From NCBI RefSeq assembly GCF_006345805.1, contig NC_043002.1:86552001-86616000 (forward strand): a stretch of 64,000 nt of DNA. Direction: 5' to 3'. The position numbers were made by a program, and so were the translations under genes. The notes below the pieces were generated by a model that worked only from the letters and a program-made list of their open reading frames with translations, searched no databases and was not told where the DNA came from. Source of the stretch: Octopus sinensis (Eukaryota). This document shows positions 53,301-63,565 of this stretch, one piece after another (position 1 is the first letter of the stretch; each line of letters opens with the position of its first letter).

Positions 53301-55895
53301 AAGCCCATGAAATGGAGATACAAAATATAATTTACAGCTTAATATTTCAATCTAGAGTTGTTCATAAAAGAATTTCTTCTTCTGATAGCCTGACTGATTA
53401 GATGTAAAAAAAATATATAAAAAAAACCCACCAAAATTACAGCATCATCAAGTTCTTGTTCCAATCATCAAATATATATTTCAGTAATAATTTTTTACCC
53501 ACCTCCAGTGATGAGGTCAATGACTGTTCCAGATTATCAAATAAAATTCATTATTCTTAAAGCAGATTATTTCATATATTAAATTAACATTTGAAATAAC
53601 ATTTAACCCAAAGTCTGACTTGTGAGCTTTGAAATTGGAAATAATCATCATCATCATTTAACATCAGTTTTCCATGTTAGTATGGGTTGGATGGTTTGAC
53701 TGAGGTCTGGAGAGCCAGCAGCTGCACTAGGCTCCAATCTGATCTGGAAATGATTCTACAGCTGGATGTCCTTCCTAGCACCAACCACTCCAAGAGTATA
53801 GTGTGTGCTTTTTATGTGCCACTGACACAGAAGCCAGTCAGGCGGGCCTGGCAACAATCACATTTGGATGGTGCTTTTTACGTGCCACCAGCACGGGAAC
53901 CAGTCAGGGGTACTGGCATTGGTCACGATGGACTTTCCAGTCCATCTAATGGGCTTCTAGTCTTTCCATCAACCTAATTTTCCTCATAAGACTATGGCAG
54001 GTGTGTTGTGTAGTGGGACTGAACCAAGAATCTCATGATTAAGAAGAAAACTTCATAAAAAACTTGGCTACATGCCCATATATAGATGTTAGTTCTTGTT
54101 TTTACGTTGACCTTTTCATGTTGGCAATGATTGGACAAAACTAGTCGAGGCAGATTTTCTATAGCTAGATTCTCTTCCTGTTGCTAACACTTTACCCATT
54201 TCCAAGTATGGTTATTCTACTGGTCTTATCAAAAGCTGAAACTATATTACTTTTGCTTACTGAGGACTGTAAAAAAAAAAAACCATGTCTTTACACTGTG
54301 TTAAAGAGGACATGTAAAATGGCATTCACACATACACATTCATTTGATATATATGAGGTGTCATATAATGCATATGAATGAAGATAGTTACCTCAAGAGG
54401 TGCTGATCTCTAGCTGAAGAAGGCATAGACCCAGGAAGACGTGGGACGAAGTGATGATAAAGGATCTTCAAAAGTTGGGCCTCACAGAAGGAATAACAGG
54501 GGACCACGACTCCTGGCCGCATGCTGTGCTTGAGAAGACAGGTCAAGCTAAGTAAAATTATGGTTGTCCTTGCATACAGGCATGTCCCCTGCATCCATCC
54601 CTATCTGAGCATTCCTAATCTTGCAGGCTTATGGGTGCCGGTGCCACATAAAAGTACCCATGCTGATGCTGCTTACAAGCACCCAGAATTCTGTATAGTG
54701 GTTGGCATTAGAAAGGGTATCCAGCTGTAGAAATCATACCAAAAACAGACATGGAGTCTGGGCAGCTCTTTAGCTGGCCAGCTCCCATCAAATCATCCAA
54801 CCCATGCCAGCATGGAAAAATAGATGTTAAATGATATACATTATATATATATATATATATATATAATTTAACATCTGTTATACTATTATATATATATATA
54901 TATCATCATCATCGTTTAGCGTCCGTTTTCCATGCTAGCATGGGTTGGACGGTTCTACTGGGGTCTGTGAAGCCAGAAGGCTTCATCAGGCCCAGTCAAA
55001 TCTGGCAGTGTTTCTACGGCTGGATGCCCTTCCTAACGCCAACCACTCCGTGAGTGTAGTGGGTGCTTTTTACGTGCCACCCGCACTGGTGCCAGACAGA
55101 GCTGGCAAACGGCCACGAACGGATGGTGCTTTTTATGTGCCACCGGCACGAGGGCCAGGCGAGGCTGGCAACGGACACGAAACGGGGCGGTGCTGGCAAC
55201 GGTCGCGAAACGGAAAGTTCTCTAACATGCCACCGGCACTGGTAACACATCTGCAATTTCCATTGATCGATTTCAATTCTGATCCTCACTTGCCTCAACG
55301 GGTCTTCACAAGTAGAGTTTCGACATGCCACCGGCACTGGTAACACATCCGCAATTTCCATTGATCGATTTCGATTCTGATCCTCACTTGCCTCAACACG
55401 TCTTCACAAGTAGAGTTTTGTGTCCCAAAAAGGGAAGGTATGCATACGTAGGCTGGCTCCATCCCATGTAGAAGGCCACGGGTTATGGACTCACTTGTCC
55501 TGCCGGGTCTTCTCGCGCACAGCACACTTCCAGAGGTCTCGGTCTCTAGTCATTTCCTCAGTGAGACCTAAAGTTCGAAGGTCGTGCTTCACCACCTCGT
55601 CCCAGGTTTTCCTGGGTCTGCCTCTTCCACAGGTTCCCTCAACCGCTAGGGTGTGGCACTTTTTCACACAACTATCTTCATCCATTCTCGCCACATGACC
55701 ATACCAGCGCAAACGTCTCTCTTGCACACCACAACTGATGCTTCTTAGGTCCAGCTTTTCTCTCAAGGTACTTACACTCTGCCGAATGTGAGTACCGGCA
55801 TTACACATCCATCGGAGCATACTGGCTTCATTTCTTGCGAGCTTACGCATATCCTCAGCAGTCACGGCCCATGTTTCACTGCCATGTAGCATGGC

Positions 55896-55927
<32 letters not shown>

Positions 55928-58900
55928 AACATCTGTTATACTATTATATATATATATATATATATACATACATATATATATACATACATACACACACCCA
56001 TCTAAAATGGATTTCTTCTCAGTTTGTGTGGATCAAGTCGTCCAATCACAGGACATTGGTTGATTTGATGCTATAGTAGAAGACCCTGCCCAAGATGTAA
56101 TGCAGTGGGACCAAACCTGAAACTACATGGCTGCAAATACACACACAGGACAGAGACAGGCTTAAATTGTTACACGCTGGTAAAAAAAATTAACAAAAAC
56201 AATATACACACAGCATATCTAAATCTTAAGCTATTGACTTGTGATTTTTAGCATTAAACAGTTGATAAATTGTTATCTGTGTGACTTGATGTTACAAAAG
56301 ATTAGTGACAAAAGTTCATAATCAGGAAAACTTCTGAGAGACTATAGGATGGGGTAGTGGTGGTGGCAACTCTGAAAAACCACTGCACTTTAACTTCAGG
56401 TGACAGTTTGAGAATTAGATTAAGCTACTTGATTTCAATATAAGCAACCAACCAATAGAAAACAAAAAGGCAATAAGTTATTCCATTTCAAATGTGACAA
56501 ATAATGGTTGAATACATTTAGGTATTTCTGAATTCCTTTGGTCTGAAATTCTTTACATAAGGTTGAATGCCTATATTTAAGCTATAATGTACAACACCAA
56601 AACAATAAGATAATTGCAATGGCTGAAGAGGAATGATCAATTTGTCAGTAGATCTTCTATGCTATGATAACATTGATTTAGTCTGCAGAATATTATCTCA
56701 TCAATTTCCAAATTCTCATAAACTATCATAGCTTTCTATTTCTTCCATTAAATACAAAATTACAATACTGTTTACACACAAACCAACAAAGTGCAGCTGC
56801 TCAACCTTCTAGAAATAGTAGCTAAACTGCCCTCAAATCTCACCCTACTGTCTTAGAAAGAGAACGATCTTAAAGAGTTTAGTTCTTGCAATACAAAAAG
56901 GGATGATCACAGCTTGAACACCTAATTTTAAGTCTGCCAGGGCAGAGATTAGGCTAAACAACTTTTTACCTAGTGTGTCCAAATTTTCAAAGTTTAACCT
57001 AATCTATTCTAGAATCTGTAAAGTTATTACTTTCACAACTACATCAGAAGTTGATATCAGATAATAGGAGGAAGCTAAGTTGTCAGGATTTACAAATTTG
57101 TAAAGAAAAAAATTTGAGAGAACGGAATTAGGTCATTTTTAAAGACTGTTCATTCACTCTAACACAAAAAACTGACATTGAAAGGTGTGTGAAGAATAAG
57201 GTGGCTAGCTATAGAAATCCAGGTATTTTCAATTGTTGCAATAGTATAAATGGTAAAAGAACACTGCAAACCATGGTATTTACTCTGACAGAGTCAATCT
57301 AGCATATATGACCTACAGAGCTATGTAGCTCAGTAACTGATTTGTTTATCAACAGGAATTTTACAGCAATATTGATTTCCTTCAACTATCCTCGAAAAAC
57401 ATTATGAAGGGCACTGAATTGAAGTCAGTCGATATATTGCTATTTCTTTAACAATCTTAAAGGAATTGAAATACAGAATTATGAAGTGGGGAGGGAGTGT
57501 TAAACAAGCATTTTGATCATCTTACTGAGGAGATAATTTCTCAGGATAATAGGTCTCACGAAAGAGATTACAAACAATCAAGTCAAAACATGATACACTG
57601 TACAGCAGAGTAGACAAACTCCACATGGAAAAGCTAATGTTAAAATGGTGGTGGTGACATGCATTTTACTGAGACATTGCTCTCAAAGTTACATAAGCTC
57701 AGAGTGAGAATTTTACCTGTGCTAAAAACAAAAAAGTTCCTTTCTCCAATGAAAAAGAAGACTATATGAAGCATATATAAGAAGTTTAACGTTATATAGT
57801 AGCAAAAAGAGCTGTTCTTGCAAAGGATTTGGAACAAATGGTGAAGAAATAGCACTGGCATGATGGATGCGTAATGATAGTTTTCATAAAAGTTAATGCA
57901 AGTGAAATGAAAACGCAATACTTTGCTATTATTTCTTGTTAACATCACTCAGTCAAGAGGAAAAATATTCATGACCTGAGCCATCTTAATGACACAAGCC
58001 CACGGGGCAGTTGCCTGGAGTTCCCACGAGTCGAGGGGCCCACCGCCAATTTATGTACACTGTGGTATGCTGTCAAAAAATACTATAGGTCCGAATGCTT
58101 TGGGCCCTATAATGCTGTTAAGACAGTCCTCTTCATAACTCTTCGCAAATACTCTAAGTAAAGAAAGTTCTAAACACTCAACTAAAGGCATCCAAAGGCT
58201 TTGTTATTAAATCAGATTAAATATACCACCCAAACTTAAACAAGCAGTGTTCCACTCACCTACTTTTGAACTTAATATCTCATCATACTTTCCAAGCCAA
58301 TAAGTACCTAAATGTGATTGCCTGATCCAATAGTAGCCAAATTTCCCTCAAACTATATCCTACATCTTAAAAAAGAAAGGACACATTGGGTAATGTTATC
58401 GTATATACACTATGTTTGAACAAGACAGGATGGTCACAACTAATACCTATTTCTTTATTACCCACAAGGGGCTAAACACAGAGGGGACAAACAAGGACAG
58501 ACATAGGGATTAAGTCGATTACATCGACCCAGTGCGTAACTGGTACTTAATTTATCGACCCCGAAAGGATGAAAGGCAAAGTCGACCTCGGCGGAATTTG
58601 AACTCACAACGTAACACAGACGAAATACCGCTAAGCATTTCACCCGGCATGCTAACGTTTCTGCCAGCTCACCATCACAACTAATACCATTTGATCACAG
58701 GACTTCAGTAGCAGAGCTAGGCAACATCGATGACCATCTCTACAATGTCTCACTTCACACTCTTCAAATCCTGTGTTAAACACTTCACTTACTAGAATTC
58801 AACTCTTTTCCTGCCTTCATTTTTCAAACAGATATCTACTTACAGACATTTAAGCAGGAATTGTAACAGATAAGCAATTAGAATCATAACCATATAATGG

Positions 58901-61900
58901 ATGTGATTTCCCTGTTCTGGGGAAAAGTTTTGGGACAATTCAATGCTTAGTATGAGATCAGGAAGATGAGTAAAACCTAAAGAAAAAAGAAAAGCTGATA
59001 TGTCAATTTTAGATAAGGACTATACAGAGTAGGTATATCCAAAATTAATTATAGAAATAAACACACACACCAAAAAAGGATGGTTAAACAGGATGAGATT
59101 TGTTGTTGTTTAGTCCCAAGTTGACCAATGAAAGTCATTCCAAACATCCAAACCATTTTATTTTCAGGAACAGTGTACTCAGGCTCCATTCTCTGAGGTG
59201 ATCTTTTTTAAATCAATACAATATAGGTTGAAGTGAATGTGGCTGTTATTTCTAGCATATCAAGCATCAATGTTCAGACTCTCTCCTTTGCTTCAGTATA
59301 CAAGCTGTATTGTGGTACAATTGTCCCAAACCTCTTTCCCTTTGACCACTTACAAATCCTTCAAGACAGGTGGTAAAGAAGGAGAAAGGTGCTTCAAACT
59401 AGAGACCTTGCTCAAATGCTTGCAACAGCGAAATCCATTAAAGGACCCAAGGTGCCAAGTGATGGTATTAAACCAGGTGAAAGATTAAGGCTAAAACTAG
59501 GTAGGTCAAGGTAGGATTTTAATTCAAAATGCAAAGTGCCAGAACAAACTCCAAAAGACATCTGGTGAGACATTCTTACAGTTCCATCTAAAAGGGTGAC
59601 AAGCAGAGCTAACATCATCAGAATTTGAATTCAAAGCACAGAAGAGGCATTCTAACCAACACTAACAACTCTGTTATATCACTTGATCTGGTATAAGTTT
59701 ATGTCCTTGACTTGTGATGTGTGTTGCTGCTGAATGAGATCAAGATAAGTTTTCATGATTCAAAGGTCTCAGTTCATGGAGTGAGTGAAGGTTTAATGAG
59801 ATGTATCAAAGTTGCTTGCAGATGAAAACTATATGTAAAAAGCAAGGAAAGAGAGTTTGCTAATTGATATGAGTAAATGCATAACATGTAATAACACCAA
59901 AAGCCTGTTAATGTACAAAAAGGAAATTTAAAGAGATGATTAGCCTCAAAGTTAAGAGGTAAGATAGAGTTGAAAATACCTACAGCAATTAGTAGGTATT
60001 AGGTAGAGGGGACAACAAATCTGCCATGAGGTTCATGAAAGCTCAACTGATGTCAAGTTGTTTGTCGAAGTTCATAAGAACTCTAATGTGTAACATGGGA
60101 GAGAAAACCACTGATGGATCTCAATTTACAAAATTCATCCCGATGGTCACCGAGTAGGAATATAGATTAAGTAGGTGTACAACATGAAAAGTTAGCAAGA
60201 GTAGGTCTTCTTCAGTAAAGGACATAAGAAAATGGTTACAGATTTTAATAAAGACAAGAATCCCTGTGTTTAAATCCTTCAAATGTTATCACAGGGTAGA
60301 CTTTAGCAACCAAAGTTGCTGAACTGGATAGACAGAGAAGAGTGTGAATTCAAGAGAAGTTTAATTTTGCATGAAACAGTTTGGTTTACAGAGGTAGTAT
60401 ATACAAACGTGTGTATGAGAATATGGAGACAACATGGGCATTGAGTGTAATAGTTTCAATTACAGAGATATTGTATACAAAGTTAATGGGTAGAGATGTG
60501 GAGTAGAGTTTTGGATTGGAGGGAAAGATAGTTTGTTTTTGTCTTTCCTTTTAAGTATTGTGTTTCATACAACAGAAATTGCAATTTCATCTTTTACTTG
60601 TTTCAGTCATTTAACAGCAGCCCTACTGGAGCACTGCCTTAAAGAGTTTAGTTTAACAAAACTCCAGCACATTAAATTTGGTGCTCATTCTAATGGTTTT
60701 CTTTTCTTGGATCACTGTGATGGGGACATAAGTTTCCCACAGCTTCCATCTACCAAATTCACTCACAAGATCGACCTGGTGCTATAACAGAACACTATGT
60801 GGAATTTTTTTTTCCCCAAAATTCCAATTTTTTTTTTCTTAGCATTTTTGCACACACCAATTCCATAAGCTTTACCACTGTCATGAAGTATGGGATGACT
60901 AATTCCAAACTCTGCTTTAAATTGGCAGGCTGAAGGAGCTTTAAAAATTTGAAAATCTTAAGTACAAAATGTACTAAGGCAATTGTAGACATTTGAGATG
61001 TTGCAATAAACCCAGAGCATCAATTCTTTGAGTTCGGTGTTCAGTAAACAAAATCATGCATGAATTAGGCAATTAGTTTTCATCTGACAAAAGCTAAATA
61101 AAATCTTAAAAAGGAAAACCGAAAATTTTAATTTGGGCAACCCATAAATCAAGCTTAATCGATGAATCTCCAAAACAAAACAAATTTTTTAAAAAAACAT
61201 AGCATGGAGGATACCAAGTCATCATCCTAACCATATAACGATGAAAGAATTTTCGTTACAAGGGGGCGTTGCAAAGAAATATCGTCGTTTCAACTTTCAC
61301 TCAAGTCATTCTATGTGTGTGTGTTTCACACACGAACGTGCCTGTATGTATATTGATCAGAATGGGACCATCAGTATAGTATGCGTAGACGAAACAAATG
61401 CTAACCAATAAATCGAATCCTAATCAAATTCTAAATTACATTCTCCGACAGCTGTACAGGTTTTATTATTTATAATAGTCTTAAGACAATGGCGAATTCT
61501 TGTTAATAACCAATTAAGAACTAAAAGGAAAGAGCATCAAACCGGAAAAGATTTGAAGAGCAGGTTACTGGGTTACGCCCACCGGATTGATACAAATATT
61601 CGTAATAAACTCTAGTATAACTTTCGAAGGAAGGACTTAATAAAAAAAAAAATCACTAAAGCCGAAATAAAAATCTACTTCTGAAAGAAGTAGTAATGGC
61701 TTTTCGTTGTTAGTTTTCCCGAAAGAGAAAATCGGGTGACAGCAACCACCTTATGATTTTGTTCGTCATTTTCGTGTAACTGAGGAGAAGTAAAAACTAA
61801 CATTTTGAATGAAGTCTTTTGTCAGAGAAAAAGATAATTGAAATTATATTTACGGGGAAATATGTAGCACACAAGGAAATATAAAATCATTTATAAAATT

Positions 61901-63565
61901 CAGCGAAATTATGCCTAACAAAATATTTCTTTATAACTTGAGAAACAAAATATTCTCGTGTATGACCGTTTTACTCACAATAAGTCTCACACTCTTTCAA
62001 TAACCCATACAATTGAGTGACCACAGGATGTCGGCATACATCTAAAGCACGAGTTCTTTAATCGTAGACCCGATCCGATACAGCAAACATATGATCAAAA
62101 GCGTTCCGGTCCTGCATGTCGTGTATCAAATAATGAACTAAGCACTGTATTTTCCCATGTGTCTTTTCTATCATAGTAGGATATGAACAAGATTTTATTG
62201 CCGTTCCTAGCAAATCAATCGACCACAAAGCGGGCCTCTCTTTGGCTCTAAGAGTATCTTTACAGATATCTATAAGACCAATTTTACTCAATAATTCAAT
62301 TACTTAAAAACTTCGATATTTACAAGGAAAAAATCTCCGATTTTTTCGAAAATCGCACTGTTATTTAAATTACATATTGAAGTGAATAATGAGCAATAAA
62401 GAATATTTAATATACGTAACGGGAGTTGAGAATTTGGAGGACCAAGAAACGATTACTCGCAACAAATAACTGTTTTTGTATCATGAAGTATAACTTACAA
62501 ACACGAAGATATCACCGTGAACTCAATTACTTAATCGGGGTGTCACAAACAAGTCAACTGTCAACTCTACATTCGAATCACACAATCAAGTAATTTAAAG
62601 TATCTAACTAAGGATTTATTGAGTCTACTCGCCTTGTAGCAAAACTTCTACCATCGTCATGTACAATAAATATTAAATTGTGATAGAGTGGATCTTGTGA
62701 AATATTTTATTGTTGCACAGTTTTGTTTTAATTTTCTTATGTACAAATAGTGGTTAATAACTATGTAGATTATAAAACCAATTGCAGCATTAAATGTCAT
62801 ATCATTTGTAACTAAACACGCTTTTACAGTTAATTCAACGAAACGTCCAGTTTTTGTTTCAATAAAACTATGGAAACCTCACTGCATTGAAATTAATGAA
62901 AACTTTAGAGCCGTATTTTGACGAGGGATAAAACTACTTCTATCATTTAATTTTCTTCCTTTTTATTTATTTATTTATGTATCAATATCAGTTAGACAAG
63001 TCACATGGACAAATACATTATATATCACATATAGGGGGTGTAAATAAAAAATTATATTCAGTACTAACAAGAATCGAAACTGCATTTAATATAAATTACA
63101 TAAAATAATACTGAAATTGTTTAACATCAATATATGACTGACAATACTCGAGTTTAAAAAAACGAAAGAGGGAGTGAAAATAATGACACTCGTAACGAAG
63201 ACTTGGCGATGCTCGGAAAAACACTGATAAAAGTTACGAACATGAGAACGGCCCGTTTACTGTCGCTTGAAAGGAAACGGTAAAAAACAATGGTTGTAAA
63301 TAAACTGAACAGGAAAAGTTTATCAATCAATTATCCTCAATAACAATGGTGTAAAATGAACAGAAGTGCTTACCTTGTTCTGATCACCGCCTAAAAGGTC
63401 GGGACTGTCATCTAGTCCGTCCTAAAGGAAAAGAAAAATGTGAATATGAATTTGAATATAGTGTAACGCATCAGGCTTAAATGAGATTAAATTGTCAGAA
63501 ATAATAACAAATTATGAGAAAAAGTATGAGAAAGTCGATCAGAGCCGACATCCACCCACCATCAT
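12049..63565 (-). CDS. SNX6: Sorting nexin 5/6-family gene (PX-BAR, retromer-associated), spliced CDS of 14 exons, 406 aa
   Basis: Manual minus-strand join of 63560-63565, 63374-63421, 40978-41082, 30258-30368, 28487-28608, 26915-27038, 25891-25986, 23092-23197, 20415-20490, 18395-18434, 17386-17568, 15371-15434, 15191-15276, 12049-12102 = 1221 nt. All introns GT-AG, phases consistent, no internal stop. Protein [10 protein letters not shown]...[20 protein letters not shown]...[15 protein letters not shown]...[25 protein letters not shown]...RVASDEDLK...AKDLLYRR...ELELKHAR...MKEES matches recalled SNX6/SNX5 motifs. SNX6 vs SNX5/32 cannot be resolved without a tree. Confidence 0.96.
12365..12705 (+). 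mobile_element. OR-like SINE copy (head partly lost), intron 13
   Basis: ggttcagtccc B-box, ggcaccttgggcaa core, gactgaaacaag tail. Confidence 0.75.
12720..13035 (-). mobile_element. RTE 3'-UTR-derived short repeat
   Basis: ttaatgtcc...atgctggcatgggctggacagtttgac...ggatgcccttcctaa, as in the 3' UTR of the RTE at 54903-55895. Confidence 0.7.
14295..14530 (-). mobile_element. Meta-domain-like SINE with a 15-bp TSD, inserted in the end of a TTAA-type MITE
   Basis: aacactttgactacc at 14280-14294 and 14547-14561; MITE-like sequence continues to ...aaaaggaTTAA near 14773. Confidence 0.8.
15191..15276 (-). CDS. SNX6: SNX6 exon 13 (AA+[28 protein letters not shown])
   Basis: ttcag acceptor, GTGAGT donor, 86 nt; follows a 94-nt intron. 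Confidence 0.96.
15371..15434 (-). CDS. SNX6: SNX6 exon 12 ([21 protein letters not shown]+G)
   Basis: tatcag acceptor, GTAAGA donor, 64 nt. Confidence 0.94.
16480..17180 (+). mobile_element. R4/Dong-like non-LTR retrotransposon 3' fragment (restriction-like endonuclease domain)
   Basis: [18 protein letters not shown]...[22 protein letters not shown] and [11 protein letters not shown]...[13 protein letters not shown] (to about 16870); stops and frameshifts; (TAA)-rich tract at about 17155-17180 may be the tail. Confidence 0.7.
17386..17568 (-). CDS. SNX6: SNX6 exon 11 ([61 protein letters not shown])
   Basis: tttgcag acceptor, GTAAGT donor, 183 nt; lies within track ORF 17266..17574; BAR motif DEDLK...AKDLLYRR. 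Confidence 0.97.
18395..18434 (-). CDS. SNX6: SNX6 exon 10 (A+[13 protein letters not shown])
   Basis: ttgattag acceptor, GTAAGT donor, 40 nt; phase fits both neighbours. Confidence 0.9.
18725..18975 (+). mobile_element. RTE 3'-UTR-derived short repeat
   Basis: gtggcacgtaaaaggcacccactacact...gttggcgttaggaag...ends in (GAT)n. Confidence 0.75.
19660..20028 (-). mobile_element. Helitron-like element with a 17-bp perfect terminal hairpin
   Basis: Minus strand starts A|TCTCTATATAT at 20028 and ends CTAG|T at 19660; perfect palindrome 19661-19697 around an AAC loop. Confidence 0.75.
20415..20490 (-). CDS. SNX6: SNX6 exon 9 (AT+[24 protein letters not shown]+AA)
   Basis: ctttaccag acceptor, GTATGT donor, 76 nt; phases fit exons 8 and 10. 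Confidence 0.92.
20669..21072. mobile_element. MITE, 404 bp, 25-bp TIRs, 8-bp TSD TATATTTG
   Basis: TIRs GGATCTTTTYGGTTTGAAYGGCAGT match 23/25; TATATTTG at 20661-20668 and 21073-21080; internal CCCTAA units at 20950-20971. Confidence 0.9.
21463..21857 (-). mobile_element. OR-like CORE SINE, full length, intron 8
   Basis: A-box TGGCTGTGTGG, B-box-like GTTCAGTCCC, gcaccttgggcaagtg CORE-like segment, microsatellite middle, gagtaaa-repeat tail. Confidence 0.9.
23092..23197 (-). CDS. SNX6: SNX6 exon 8 ([35 protein letters not shown]+A), BAR start
   Basis: ttttag acceptor, GTAAAT donor, 106 nt. Confidence 0.96.
23509..23580. repeat. (GA)36 microsatellite
   Basis: Perfect dinucleotide run; source of the ERERER/SLSLSL ORFs. 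Confidence 0.95.
24915..25170 (+). mobile_element. RTE 3'-UTR-derived short repeat
   Basis: gtggcacataaaaagcacc...gttggcgttaggaagg...ccatgctagcatggaaaacagacgttaaacgaggatgatgat. Confidence 0.85.
25891..25986 (-). CDS. SNX6: SNX6 exon 7 ([32 protein letters not shown])
   Basis: ttttag acceptor, GTGAGT donor, 96 nt. Confidence 0.96.
26915..27038 (-). CDS. SNX6: SNX6 exon 6 (A+[41 protein letters not shown])
   Basis: tttgcag acceptor, GTAAGT donor, 124 nt; completes the split Ala codon from exon 5. Confidence 0.97.
28487..28608 (-). CDS. SNX6: SNX6 exon 5 ([40 protein letters not shown]+GC)
   Basis: tttcag acceptor, GTATGT donor, 122 nt; includes the SNX5/6-specific PX helical insert. Confidence 0.97.
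29821..30020 (-). mobile_element. Meta-domain-like SINE with a 15-bp TSD
   Basis: gaggtagataatgct 29806-29820 and gaggtagataatact 30021-30035; internally deleted relative to the 58448 copy. Confidence 0.85.
30258..30368 (-). CDS. SNX6: SNX6 exon 4 ([37 protein letters not shown])
   Basis: ttttcag acceptor, GTAAGT donor, 111 nt; PX motif [15 protein letters not shown]. Confidence 0.97.
30655..30945 (-). mobile_element. Helitron/HINE-like non-autonomous element embedded in (TA)n
   Basis: Minus strand tatataaaatccgttctgtctgtgtc head and ccgtccattgccggg subterminal motif; canonical termini not intact. Confidence 0.45.
33273..33670 (+). mobile_element. OR-like CORE SINE, intron 3
   Basis: Full head, core and tail recognisable, moderately diverged. 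Confidence 0.85.
35600..35790. mobile_element. piggyBac-type MITE (TTAA TSD)
   Basis: TTAA|CCATTTAGCATT ... AATGTTAAAGGG|TTAA. Confidence 0.75.
38817..39225 (+). mobile_element. OR-like CORE SINE, full length, intron 3
   Basis: aggcgtaggagtggctgtgtggtaag head, ggttcagtccc, core, (gagtaaaa)n tail. Confidence 0.92.
40978..41082 (-). CDS. SNX6: SNX6 exon 3 ([35 protein letters not shown]), PX domain start
   Basis: tttcag acceptor, GTAAGT donor, 105 nt; [20 protein letters not shown] motif. Confidence 0.97.
41350..41712 (-). mobile_element. Degenerate tRNA-derived SINE of a further family
   Basis: Minus-strand head aggtgcatggctcaatggttagagcattgg...gagtttaattcc then ttgagcaagacactt...tgctccagttcactcagctgtag. 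Confidence 0.55.
41836..42020 (+). mobile_element. RTE 3'-end copy, left arm of the tail-to-tail palindrome
   Basis: Ends in (GAT)8 at 41997-42020. Confidence 0.85.
42021..42485 (-). mobile_element. RTE 3'-end copy with an internal 62-63 bp tandem array, right arm of the palindrome
   Basis: Starts (CAT)4; unit atgtgccaccgacacaggtgccagacgaggctggcgaacggccac...ggatggtgtttt at 42187, 42250 and 42312, plus degenerate copies. Confidence 0.85.
42549..43777 (+). mobile_element. Decayed mariner (Tc1/mariner, DD34D-type) transposon
   Basis: Imperfect TIRs gggttggccaaaaagtc / gacgttttggtcaaccc flanked by TA; peptides RMVTGNEK*I (about 43140), VFHHDNAK (about 43430), DLAPSNFHL (frameshifted), [14 protein letters not shown]...QNGNHITD*. 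Confidence 0.9.
45896..46297 (+). mobile_element. OR-like CORE SINE, full length, intron 2
   Basis: Same head, core and tail as the 38817 copy. Confidence 0.92.
46577..46900 (-). mobile_element. RTE-clade LINE 3' fragment of a second family
   Basis: [51 protein letters not shown]...DTG...AMMDREVWR; stop followed directly by a (GAT)n tail. Confidence 0.8.
47405..47543 (-). mobile_element. RTE 3'-UTR-derived short repeat, 5'-truncated
   Basis: catcatcgtttaacgtccgctttccatgctagcatgggttggac...ggatgcccttcctaacgccaa. Confidence 0.85.
49235..49451. mobile_element. piggyBac-type MITE (TTAA TSD)
   Basis: TTAA|CCCTTTTGATACCA ... TGGTAATGAAAGGG|TTAA. Confidence 0.8.
51040..51443 (-). mobile_element. 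OR-like CORE SINE, full length, intron 2
   Basis: Reverse complement of the 38817/45896 type. Confidence 0.92.
52040..52395 (+). mobile_element. OR-like CORE SINE, intron 2
   Basis: Head, core and tail present; central microsatellite deleted. Confidence 0.9.
53642..53930 (-). mobile_element. RTE 3'-UTR-derived repeat, diverged
   Basis: (CAT)n start, ggatgtccttcctagcaccaaccac, atgtgccac/acgtgccac units. Confidence 0.75.
54350..54837 (+). mobile_element. Older RTE LINE 3' fragment (ORF end + 3' UTR)
   Basis: [22 protein letters not shown]...[10 protein letters not shown] with TAA at 54553-54555, followed by the family 3' UTR. Confidence 0.8.
54903..55895 (-). mobile_element. Young 5'-truncated RTE LINE (uninterrupted 133-codon ORF end, about 590-bp 3' UTR, (GAT)n tail)
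   Basis: ORF 55491..55892 LHGSETW...[12 protein letters not shown]...[13 protein letters not shown]; flanked by a duplicated TA-run+AATTTAACATCTGTTATACTATT+TA-run; 98-bp-period duplication at 55225-55320 / 55323-55418. Confidence 0.92.
57978..58131. mobile_element. Possible degenerate hAT-type MITE
   Basis: GC-rich patch with weak TIR similarity (gagccatcttaa vs ttaagacagtcc); no clear TSD. Confidence 0.3.
58448..58674 (-). mobile_element. Meta-domain-like SINE, full length, 14-bp TSD
   Basis: tcacaactaatacc at 58434-58447 and 58675-58688; B-box-like GAGTTCAAATTCC; central gactttgcctttcatcctttcggggtcgataaattaagtacc. Confidence 0.88.
63374..63421 (-). CDS. SNX6: SNX6 exon 2 ([16 protein letters not shown])
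   Basis: ttttcctttag acceptor, GTAAGC donor, 48 nt; resembles the SNX6 N-terminus EGLDDGPDFL. Confidence 0.9.
63560..63565 (-). CDS. SNX6: SNX6 coding exon 1 (ATG ATG, MM)
   Basis: Minus strand gggcagccATGATG followed by donor GTGGGT; Kozak-like GCC before ATG; phase 0 joins exon 2 to give MMDGLDD. Confidence 0.8.

Noticed and set aside
59700-60500. Possible ancient CR1/L2 RT remnant on the minus strand
   Set aside because: Motif resemblance too weak to call by eye.
62058-62291. 77-aa ORF in intron 2 near the promoter
   Set aside because: No recognisable domain or splice context; its length is within chance expectation.
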